Positions 56,280-64,000 of a stretch of DNA of 64,000 nt are shown in pieces. The stretch spans positions 64,001 through 128,000 of the forward strand of contig CAXBMO010000007.1 in NCBI GenBank assembly GCA_963977015.1, in the 5' to 3' direction. The DNA is from an uncultured bacterium. Its GTDB lineage: Bacteria; Verrucomicrobiota; Verrucomicrobiia; Verrucomicrobiales; DEV007. Positions within the stretch are counted from its first letter, which is position 1, and each line of letters begins with the position of its first letter. The notes below the pieces were generated by a model. That model saw only the letters and a list, made by a program, of their open reading frames with translations, was not told where the DNA came from and did no database searches. The translations under genes and the position numbers were made by a program.

Positions 56280-56335
56280 GATTGTCGGGCACGGCCAGTA
56301 AAGCCCAACTTGAGAAGGAGAACAACTTTGAAGGT

Positions 56336-56920
56336 CTAGGCGACTTTGGCCAAACTCCCCACATTTAGCACCGGCTTCCGATAACTCGCGGTGGTACCTG
56401 ATTGCACATCACTTCCGACAACTGCGTTGAACACGAGATCCGTTCCGGATACGAAAGCGGGATACATGATCGACTCCCCCTCAATAAACACCGTACAAAT
56501 GTGATTCTTCCCAAACTTCTGGATGCGAAGCTCACAATGGAGGGGGCGGGTTGGCAACACTGGTGTCGCCGTCAAATAGCCCAGGGGTCCCATTCCATTC
56601 AGCACATCAAGAATGGTTCCGGAGCAGGGATCGATCGCAATGGCAATGCCCTTGCTGAATTCCGGATTCACCAACCCACAGAGTAACGACTGCCGGGGTT
56701 GATCTTGGCGTAGTTCCACCTTGAAATCGATTTCCGCCGTAAAAGCGGCGACTCGAGCTTCTTCAAGAATATTGATGCCGTAGGCGTCAGGCAATAAACG
56801 ATGAATCGAGTTGGCGGTCTTCATGAAGCGATTTGAGTTGGAGGCGGTTACACTGGCGTGCGTTGTGGAGTTGTTCGAAAACGGAAGAATCTTCGAAGTT
56901 TGAGAGCGTGAAGAAGTCAT
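56336..56920 (-). CDS. Hypothetical protein (beta-rich)
   Basis: 194-aa ORF filling the gap, AT-rich upstream region; no motif recognised. Confidence 0.6.
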   Translation of the reverse strand: MTSSRSQTSKILPFSNNSTTHASVTASNSNRFMKTANSIHRLLPDAYGINILEEARVAAFTAEIDFKVELRQDQPRQSLLCGLVNPEFSKGIAIAIDPCSGTILDVLNGMGPLGYLTATPVLPTRPLHCELRIQKFGKNHICTVFIEGESIMYPAFVSGTDLVFNAVVGSDVQSGTTASYRKPVLNVGSLAKVA

Positions 56921-57126
56921 GAGTTAATGGAGAAGGTCTGGATCTGAGACGCAATAAATAAAAAGACCACCCATAATAACCAAACTAAAAGAATTATCCA
57001 GATTATTGTTAACAAATATTAGTAGTCGACCTTGCACAACAAACTCAGCTCCCGGGGGGATCTGCCATCCCTGTTCAAGCCGATTCTCAATTGGACGGAA
57101 ACCGAGTTTTGGGACATAGGAACCTT

Positions 57127-58389
57127 ATGAGAAACCCCTTGCCTCTGCTAATTGCGATCATCCTAGGCATTTTTGGCGCGACCAGTTTTGCTCAAGAGTG
57201 GACTCGTTTCCGAGGCCCCGGGGGCAGCGGAATCAGTAAAACGGAAACCATTCCGGCCAAGTTCACGATTGTTGACTATGATTGGAAAGTCACGCTCCCC
57301 GGAGTTGGCCACTCCTCTCCGGTCGTATGGGGTGATCAGGTCTTTCTGACCGTTGTTACGGGCGGCACCCAACGCGAAGTCATCAGCTACGACTCGGATG
57401 ACGGCTCACAAATCTGGAGTTGGGCCTCTGACTTCGTGCCCCATAACAAACATCGCGACAATGAGTTTGCGTCTTCCACCCCCTGCCTGGATCCAAACCA
57501 TCTCTACATTTTTTGGACCTCCGATGAAAAGGCCGAGGTCATTGCCCTGACCCATGGTGGCAAACCAGCCTGGCAAACTTCTCTGGGGACCTTTGCCGGT
57601 GATCATGGCAGCGCGACTTCTCCCATTCTGGTCAACGGTGGTGTGTTCGTCTTCTGGGATGACCTCAACAATACCCAGACTGAATTCGCATTGCTCAATC
57701 CAACGGATGGAAGCGAGATTTGGCGCAAGTTGATCGACTGGGACGATCGTCAACTGAAGTCAACCTACAGCACACCAGTGCTTTATCAGAACAGCAAAGG
57801 AACACAGGAAATCATCATCACCAGCCAACCCTTTGGAATGCTGAGCCTCGATCCGGCCAATGGCGACGAACTATGGCGATATGATCATGGCTTCAAGGCG
57901 CGGACGGTCGGCTCTCCCGTCGTAGCAGACAAGGTCATCTTTGCCACATGGGGTTCTGGAAACGGTGCCAAGGACCATGTCGCCGTGATTCCGGGAACCG
58001 AGACCAAAGACGGGAAACCGAAAGTTGCCTGGCGCTGGGACAACAACAAGGGCCTCCCCTACGTTCCAACTCCGCTCTATCGTGATGGTCTGCTTTTCTT
58101 CTGGAAAGATGACGGCCTGCTCCAAGTCGTAAAATCTGCTTCTGGGGAAGTCGTACATGGCCCGACCAGAATTGGCGGCCGTTTTTTCAGTAATCCGATC
58201 ATGATCGATGACAAGATTTATTGTGGGAGCCGCGATTTGAATGAAATGGTCGTGGTAAGAGCCAGTGGAGATTATGAAGTGCTGGCACGCAATCAGTTGG
58301 ATTCAGGAGTCAATGCCACGCCCGCAGTGGCCAATGGAAAGCTGTTTATCCGGACCAATGAGAGTCTGATTGCCGTGGGAAGCCACTAA
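57127..58389 (+). CDS. PQQ-like/BamB-type beta-propeller protein
   Basis: Signal peptide, EWTRFRGP, GHSSPVV, ATPAV..GKLFIRT. Confidence 0.9.
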   Translation: MRNPLPLLIAIILGIFGATSFAQEWTRFRGPGGSGISKTETIPAKFTIVDYDWKVTLPGVGHSSPVVWGDQVFLTVVTGGTQREVISYDSDDGSQIWSWASDFVPHNKHRDNEFASSTPCLDPNHLYIFWTSDEKAEVIALTHGGKPAWQTSLGTFAGDHGSATSPILVNGGVFVFWDDLNNTQTEFALLNPTDGSEIWRKLIDWDDRQLKSTYSTPVLYQNSKGTQEIIITSQPFGMLSLDPANGDELWRYDHGFKARTVGSPVVADKVIFATWGSGNGAKDHVAVIPGTETKDGKPKVAWRWDNNKGLPYVPTPLYRDGLLFFWKDDGLLQVVKSASGEVVHGPTRIGGRFFSNPIMIDDKIYCGSRDLNEMVVVRASGDYEVLARNQLDSGVNATPAVANGKLFIRTNESLIAVGSH

Positions 58390-58450
58390 CCCTACGTCCG
58401 GAATTCGGTGATTGACCCCATGAAGCCCGCCCGTCATACTGGCAGGCTCA

Positions 58451-59692
58451 ATGGATTGTTCTGATCCATCACTTACGCCTCAGGCTCCACTCCGTCGTCC
58501 TTCCATGCTCGACGCGGTCATCGACAGCCTGCCGATCGCAATTTTCTGCAAGAACGCATCGGAAGACTTCCGGTTTGTCCTCTGGAACAAAATGCAGGAG
58601 GAAGTAACGGGAATCCCTCGCGAGAAGGCGCTGGGTTTCACCGATTTCGACCTCTTTCCACGATCGGAAGCGGAAGGGTTTCGCGCCATGGATGAGCACG
58701 TGGTTCTCACCGGAGCCACGGTCGAAATTCCGGCAGAGGAGGTGCAAACAGGGGCAGGAAAAACAATCTGGCTTCACACGGTCAAGGTTCAGGTGGAAGA
58801 CCCGGCGCTAGGCAAAAACCTTCTCCTGGGAATGAGCGAGGATGTCACCGAACGACGCCTGCTCAATGACCACCTCGACCGCAAAAGCGCCGAATTGGAA
58901 TCCACCCAGCTGCAATTGATTCAGGCCGAAAAAATGGAATCGATCGGCCGCCTGGCCGCCGGCGTCGCCCATGAGGTGAAGAACCCGTTGGCGCTTCTCT
59001 TGATGGGGGTTGAATATCTTGACGGGGGTGTGAAACCGGGAGATCCCAACCTTCCCGAAATCATCGAGGAAATGCGGGAAGCCATCCACCGGGCAGACAA
59101 GATCATTCGCGGCCTGGTCGATTTCTCCTCATCCGGTAAGCTCACTCTGACTCGGCAGGACATTCGCCCCGTGATCGACCAGGCTCTCTTGCTGGTTCGC
59201 CACGAACTGCTCCGAGCCGGAGCGACCGTCAATACTCGCTACCAGCCGGACCTTCCAGACGTCCGTCTCGACGCCGCCAAGTTTGAGCAGGTCATTGTCA
59301 ATCTCTTGATCAACGCACTTCACGCCCTGAAGGATACGGAGCAACCCGAACTCGATATCGCGATCTGGTCGGTTCAAGCCGGTGCCGATGACTTGGACGA
59401 GGGATCCCGAAGTGTGGATCGGGTTCGTCCCGGAGACGAGGTGGTGATCGTGCAGATCTGCGACAACGGCCCCGGCATTCCGCCGGACAAACTGAATCAA
59501 ATTTTCGAGCCTTTCTTCACCACCAAGCCGACAGGGGTTGGAACGGGTCTCGGTTTAAGCGTGGTGAGAAACATCATTCAACTGCACAAGGGTCGCATCG
59601 AGATCGGAAATCGGCCGGAGGGCGGGGTTCGAGTGGTGATGAGCTTGCGGACTCCGGCTGCCACTTCCGAAGCGATTGACAATATCATCTAA
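58451..59692 (+). CDS. Cytoplasmic PAS-domain histidine kinase
   Basis: PAS; AGVAHEVKNPL H-box; NLLINA, DNGPG, FFTTK, GTGLGL. Confidence 0.93.
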   Translation: MDCSDPSLTPQAPLRRPSMLDAVIDSLPIAIFCKNASEDFRFVLWNKMQEEVTGIPREKALGFTDFDLFPRSEAEGFRAMDEHVVLTGATVEIPAEEVQTGAGKTIWLHTVKVQVEDPALGKNLLLGMSEDVTERRLLNDHLDRKSAELESTQLQLIQAEKMESIGRLAAGVAHEVKNPLALLLMGVEYLDGGVKPGDPNLPEIIEEMREAIHRADKIIRGLVDFSSSGKLTLTRQDIRPVIDQALLLVRHELLRAGATVNTRYQPDLPDVRLDAAKFEQVIVNLLINALHALKDTEQPELDIAIWSVQAGADDLDEGSRSVDRVRPGDEVVIVQICDNGPGIPPDKLNQIFEPFFTTKPTGVGTGLGLSVVRNIIQLHKGRIEIGNRPEGGVRVVMSLRTPAATSEAIDNII

Positions 59693-59710
59693 TCGTCAGA
59701 CAATTCACTC

Positions 59711-60100
59711 ATGATCAAAAAACGTATCCTCCTGGTCGACGATGAAGAAGGCTTCACACGCCTTCTCAAAATGAACCTCGAAAAGACAGGCAAGTTCGAC
59801 GTAATGATCGAAAACCGCTCCACCAAGGCCGCACTCGCAGCAAAACTCTTTCACCCCGATCTGATCCTTCTCGACATCGTCATGCCGGATATGGATGGGG
59901 GTGACGTTGCCTCAATGATCCAATCCGAGCCCGGGTTATCCCAGATCCCGATCGTGATGCTTACCGCCCTTGTCGAGCAGGATGAAACCAGCAGCGGAGC
60001 GGTTGCTCAGGCAGGAACTCTCGATGTTTTGGCCAAGCCCATCAACATGGATGTGATGATGCGCTGCCTCGAAGAAAAGCTGGGAATGAGCTCGGGGTAA
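59711..60100 (+). CDS. Single-domain response regulator
   Basis: ILLVDDE, LLDIVMP.MDG, MLTA, KP. Confidence 0.93.
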   Translation: MIKKRILLVDDEEGFTRLLKMNLEKTGKFDVMIENRSTKAALAAKLFHPDLILLDIVMPDMDGGDVASMIQSEPGLSQIPIVMLTALVEQDETSSGAVAQAGTLDVLAKPINMDVMMRCLEEKLGMSSG

Positions 60101-60101
60101 C

Positions 60102-61217
60102 CTAAATCACATTCGACTTTCCAGCCCACTCTTCGTGCCACGCTTTGTAGACCTTGGGTGAGATTTCCGATGGCTTGATCTCACTTCGCCCGCCCCAAAA
60201 AACGTTCTGGTAGAGGACGGGGATTCCCACATCTTCCAAATGCTTATCGATCGCAGCTTTGTGCTGCCGCATGACCTCTTTGTCCGTTCCGTGCACTACC
60301 CCCATAATATTAACGTTGCCAAACTTGGGTCCACCTTCCCGCCAATAGGCGTGGGTCATAATCTCGTGGCGACCAACCTCGCCACCAGCTTTCTCCTGCA
60401 TTCCTTCGGGAACCCGCCAATGAAAAAGGCCGTTGAATCTGGTGACACGCTTTCCTGAGGCCGAGGGTTTAATGTGCTCCAGAAAGGTCGAAAACCGACC
60501 GATCACGCGCTTCTGATCCAGAGTTTCGGCGGTCTTGCAAAACGTCTCGAAATCGACGCCTGCGCGTTCGGCCCGGCCCTGCCAGGGATTGTCGCTGATC
60601 TCGTCAATCGTCAGCTCATCTTTGAGCGCGAGAAGCACTTCCCATTCCAGATCCGTCAAATCCACGATCGAGGTCGTCATCATCTTGGCAGGCTCGGGAG
60701 CACGGGCGCCGAATTCCATCGACTTCCGCCTCACATGCCCCACCCCCAATGCAAAGATGCCCTTCGCCGGCATCAGGATGAATTCTTCTGCCCCCACCAA
60801 CCGAATCAGAGCGTTCCCGTGCTCTTCAAGTGACTCACCTTGCGGAACTTTCAACGTCGTCCAGAGTCTGTATTCGCCGCCAGTCAAACCACGATCCGTC
60901 GAACGGACCACGACGTGACCGCTGAAGGGATCGACCTTCGACATGAATTCAAACGTGGCATCGAGCTTTTCCTCCGGAAGTTTCCAAGCCACCAGTGCGC
61001 CTTCAGCCAATTTGTTCGCCAACAGGGTCTGACGCACCCTCCGGATCACCTTGGCTTCCTGCATCGCCCGAATGCGCTCAATCACCGTATCCAGCGGAAC
61101 GCCGCTATCTTTCGCTATCTGCTGAAAGGGAAAGCGGACAAACCCTTGAATTTTGTCTTCTGAGACCGCAAGAATCTGGTGATTGATGGCTTCGTCGTGT
61201 TCGGTAGGGACACTCAT
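60102..61217 (-). CDS. Fused AhbA/AhbB (NirDL/GH-like) siroheme decarboxylase-like protein, Lrp/AsnC fold
   Basis: Two tandem HTH+AsnC units; PFQQIA, VIRR, LVAW, THAYWR, GVVHG. Confidence 0.7.
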   Translation of the reverse strand: MSVPTEHDEAINHQILAVSEDKIQGFVRFPFQQIAKDSGVPLDTVIERIRAMQEAKVIRRVRQTLLANKLAEGALVAWKLPEEKLDATFEFMSKVDPFSGHVVVRSTDRGLTGGEYRLWTTLKVPQGESLEEHGNALIRLVGAEEFILMPAKGIFALGVGHVRRKSMEFGARAPEPAKMMTTSIVDLTDLEWEVLLALKDELTIDEISDNPWQGRAERAGVDFETFCKTAETLDQKRVIGRFSTFLEHIKPSASGKRVTRFNGLFHWRVPEGMQEKAGGEVGRHEIMTHAYWREGGPKFGNVNIMGVVHGTDKEVMRQHKAAIDKHLEDVGIPVLYQNVFWGGRSEIKPSEISPKVYKAWHEEWAGKSNVI

Positions 61218-61364
61218 GGACGCGCAGGCTAGGCCATGAGGGAACGAAGTTCAACTGTTGAGCAACTGATGCCTGCTCTCCGCCAATTGCGTGGGAATGC
61301 CGCGACCCCCTTTCCCGCGATTTGACAGTTTACGTGCTGCGACTGCCTGACTAAAGTCGGCCCG

Positions 61365-62645
61365 ATGAAAGCCCCTTCAACATCTGACAAACCCTGGTAT
61401 GCAGGGGTTTCCCGCTATCAATGGCTGGTCCTGATCATCGCGTCCCTCGGCTGGGTCTTTGATGTCTACGAAGGCCAGATCTTCAATCTGACCCGGAACA
61501 CGATGTTGAGCGATATCCTCGGCGTGAGTAGCGAGGACCTGGACATCAAGAAGTATGGCGAGATGTTTCTGGGGGTGTTTCTTCTTGGCGGAACCTTTGG
61601 CGGGTTGCTTTTCGGCTCGCTGGCGGATCGCTATGGCCGCGGAAAAATCATGGTGGTGACCATCCTGATGTATTCCGTTTTCTCAGGGCTCACCTATTTT
61701 GCCGATTCACTGGGGCAGGTCGCGATTCTCCGCTTTTTGGTCGCGATGGGAGTCGGAGGCGAATGGGCAGTCGCGGCCGCCTTGGTTGCAGAGGTGTTTC
61801 CGACACGAGCCAGGGCGCAGGCGTCCAGTATTTTCCACGCGTCCAGCGTCGCCGGAACCTGGGCCGCGACGATCGCCGCTCTTATTGTGGGAACCAACTG
61901 GCGTTATGCCTATTTGATCGGGATCATCCCGGCTCTGCTGATCGTCTGGGTTCGCATCACGGTGAAAGAGCCCGAGCAGTGGAAGCAAAACGCCAAGAAT
62001 GAAGAAAAGCACGGAAGCATTTGGGAGCTGATCTCCAATCCGCAATGGAACAAGAACGCGTTTTTGGGTCTGGGGCTCGCCGCGGTCGGCCTGGGCACGT
62101 TTTGGGCGGTCGTGGTCGGCGGCCAACAGCTCGCCCGGGAGATTCTGGTGGATTCTGGATTCACGCCTATCGAGGTGCAAAAGAAAGCGCAAGTCGCCTA
62201 CGGAATCGTTCAAACCATTGGCGGGGGAATCGGCCTCCTCATGTTCGGCCCCATCAGTGCGCGGCTCGGGAGAAAAAAGACCTTCATCTGGTGGCACATC
62301 CTCGCCTTCATCATGGTCCCGATTACCTGCTATCTCCCCCAAACCTACGGCCAACTGCTCTTCATCCTGCCGATCTTCGGATTCTTTACCCTGGGGATGC
62401 ACGCCGGATACGCGGTCTACTTTCCTGAGTTGTTTCCGACCCGATTGCGAGCCACGGGAACCAGTTTTTGCTTCAATGGCGGGCGCATCGCGGCTGTGCC
62501 GGTCCTGTTCTTCTCCGGTTGGCTCAAATCCCACCCCGACATTGGATTGCCCTCGGCCCTCTTCGGTTTAAGCCTGCTTTTCTTTGTCGGAGCGCTACTT
62601 ATGATGTTTTTGCCAGAGACAAAAGGCCAGGATCTGCCAGACTAG
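61365..62645 (+). CDS. MFS transporter
   Basis: GWVFD.YE, GSLADRYGR, GVGGEW, ELFPTRLRATG, LPETKG. Confidence 0.93.
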   Translation: MKAPSTSDKPWYAGVSRYQWLVLIIASLGWVFDVYEGQIFNLTRNTMLSDILGVSSEDLDIKKYGEMFLGVFLLGGTFGGLLFGSLADRYGRGKIMVVTILMYSVFSGLTYFADSLGQVAILRFLVAMGVGGEWAVAAALVAEVFPTRARAQASSIFHASSVAGTWAATIAALIVGTNWRYAYLIGIIPALLIVWVRITVKEPEQWKQNAKNEEKHGSIWELISNPQWNKNAFLGLGLAAVGLGTFWAVVVGGQQLAREILVDSGFTPIEVQKKAQVAYGIVQTIGGGIGLLMFGPISARLGRKKTFIWWHILAFIMVPITCYLPQTYGQLLFILPIFGFFTLGMHAGYAVYFPELFPTRLRATGTSFCFNGGRIAAVPVLFFSGWLKSHPDIGLPSALFGLSLLFFVGALLMMFLPETKGQDLPD

Positions 62646-62653
62646 CAACTTTT

Positions 62654-63508
62654 TTGAGCGTTCCCACACTGGTTGCCGTCTGTCTGGTTCTGTCACTCTC
62701 TGGATTCGTCCAGGGTCTGTCAGGATTCGGCTTTGCCATTGTTGCCATGGCCATCCTGCCCTGGCTGACCGGCGATTTTCAGACGTCCTTCACCCTCGTG
62801 GCCCTGAATTCGATCATTATTCCGGGCCTCATCATGTTCAACACGCGCCGGGAATTCAAATTCCGCCCCGCGGTGGCTCTCGCGATTGCCGCGGTATTCG
62901 GAACCTTTCTCGGCTTTCACTTCATGAATCGCAATGTGGAAGGCGCGATCTTCATTCGTTTCTTCGGCGCCGTTTTGATCCTGTTCACCGTTGTCGATAT
63001 CATTTTAACCCGCGCCTTTCGCTACACGATGCCAAAATGGATGGCTTGGCCCTGTGGGATGCTTGGAGGCTTTTTTGGAGGTGCCTTCAACATCGGCGGC
63101 CCTCCGATGGTCGCCTATGTTTACTCACAGCCTTGGTCCAAACAGCAGACGGTCGCAACGCTTCAAGCCGCCTTCATCGCCGCAACGGGTTATCGAATTT
63201 GTTTGATGGGTTTCAACGGATACTTCGATCGATCCGTCTTTCACCTGACCCTCTATACCGTAATCCCTACCGCAATCGGCATCTATGTTGGCGGAAAGCT
63301 TCTGGACCGGGTCAACCGCGACCGCCTCAAGATGGCGGTCTTCGTCTTTGTCGGGATTCTGGGGTTCAAATACCTTTTCTATCCCCCGGAGGAATCGGCT
63401 AAGGAGCCACCACCTCAAACAATTCAATCTCAAAAAGCAGGTCCTGATTCGGCCCAATCTTTGGAGGAGAACCTTTCTGACCATACGCCAGCCGCGAAGG
63501 AATTTTGA
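62654..63508 (+). CDS. TauE/SafE (sulfite exporter) family membrane protein
   Basis: GFVQGLSGFGFAI, GGFFGGAFNIGGPP; TTG start at 62654 inferred. Confidence 0.85.
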   Translation: MSVPTLVAVCLVLSLSGFVQGLSGFGFAIVAMAILPWLTGDFQTSFTLVALNSIIIPGLIMFNTRREFKFRPAVALAIAAVFGTFLGFHFMNRNVEGAIFIRFFGAVLILFTVVDIILTRAFRYTMPKWMAWPCGMLGGFFGGAFNIGGPPMVAYVYSQPWSKQQTVATLQAAFIAATGYRICLMGFNGYFDRSVFHLTLYTVIPTAIGIYVGGKLLDRVNRDRLKMAVFVFVGILGFKYLFYPPEESAKEPPPQTIQSQKAGPDSAQSLEENLSDHTPAAKEF

Positions 63509-63875
63509 AGCGGTATTTGGCACCTTCGCGCATCAATTGCACACCTTCCGTCCAACCGGGAATCACACTGTTAAGCCCGAACACAATCGTTTCTCCACGA
63601 TTGACACTGCTGTCAAAAACCTCGCCACCGGGCAAGTAGCCGTGATAGTGAACGCGAACACGGTCCGTCCGAGACGGCTTTTTCCCCGTTCCCTTTCTCA
63701 AAACCTCGTATTGAAGACCTGACGCGGTCGTGTAAACGCCGCCGACCTGCGCCTCGGAAGCTTCAGCTGTAGGCGCGGGAGTCCACTCCCGTTGTTCGAC
63801 AATTTCATCGCTCGAACAAGATGCGAAAAACAAGGACGAAAGAAAAAGGAAGAGTGAGGGAGCAATTCGATTCAT
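63399..63875 (-). CDS. FKBP-type peptidyl-prolyl isomerase (lipoprotein)
   Basis: FASC lipobox, SGLQY, VHYHG, FDSS, VIPGWTEG, LAYG, FEIEL. Confidence 0.93.
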   Translation of the reverse strand: MNRIAPSLFLFLSSLFFASCSSDEIVEQREWTPAPTAEASEAQVGGVYTTASGLQYEVLRKGTGKKPSRTDRVRVHYHGYLPGGEVFDSSVNRGETIVFGLNSVIPGWTEGVQLMREGAKYRFKIPSRLAYGQKGSPPKIGPNQDLLFEIELFEVVAP

Positions 63876-64000
63876 CGGGATCCGGTAAGGTAAACTTTGG
63901 ACGAATTCGACTGAAAGTTGCCGCCTTTTGATCAAAATTGATTGGGCAACGATTCAAATTTAACGAACACCGATCCAATTTTAATGAGGGTGATCGCAGA

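Noticed and set aside
57006-57015. Palindrome TTGTTAACAA in a divergent promoter
   Set aside because: 10-bp AT-rich palindrome in an AT-rich gap, no adjacent regulator, could be chance
1-64000. IS elements, integrases, prophage, CRISPR arrays, rRNA/tRNA
   Set aside because: None recognised by eye; tRNAscan, Rfam and ISEScan runs would be needed to exclude small or divergent ones

Overview
A compact, gene-dense 64 kb stretch of bacterial chromosome. It is most consistent with a marine Verrucomicrobiota (PVC) genome, which I infer from the PQQ-like propellers, the ECF sigma/FecR-LamG pair, DUF1080, the sulfatase and weak Shine-Dalgarno usage. Contents: argBDF, dnaX-(small ORF)-ybaB, purA, an orphan AddB-like nuclease, cysI with a divergent CymR-like regulator, a 10-gene Mrp Na+/H+ antiporter operon followed by riboflavin synthase, an ECF sigma-MerR-crtN-ald-crtP C30-carotenoid cluster, kptA, a fused AhbAB/NirDL-like protein, transporters and several hypotheticals. 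I saw no tRNA, rRNA, CRISPR array, IS or prophage. The strongest novelty candidate is a 72-aa ORF between dnaX and ybaB. It repeats the polymerase-binding C-terminal helix of tau (13/15 aa identical, 11 of those 13 codons synonymously different) and carries a beta-clamp-binding-like motif (QLELPM), which suggests a stand-alone clamp-polymerase adaptor or tau mimic. The same dnaX also has an A9/A-AAA-AAG slippage site that would yield gamma. Other candidates are a split HTTM/gamma-carboxylase-like pair behind a Tyr/Glu-rich lipoprotein, a B12-independent Cys-rich MerR with phased operator repeats over the carotenoid genes, and a nested perfect inverted repeat abutting an ECF sigma start. All calls come from reading motifs by eye; no database search was run.
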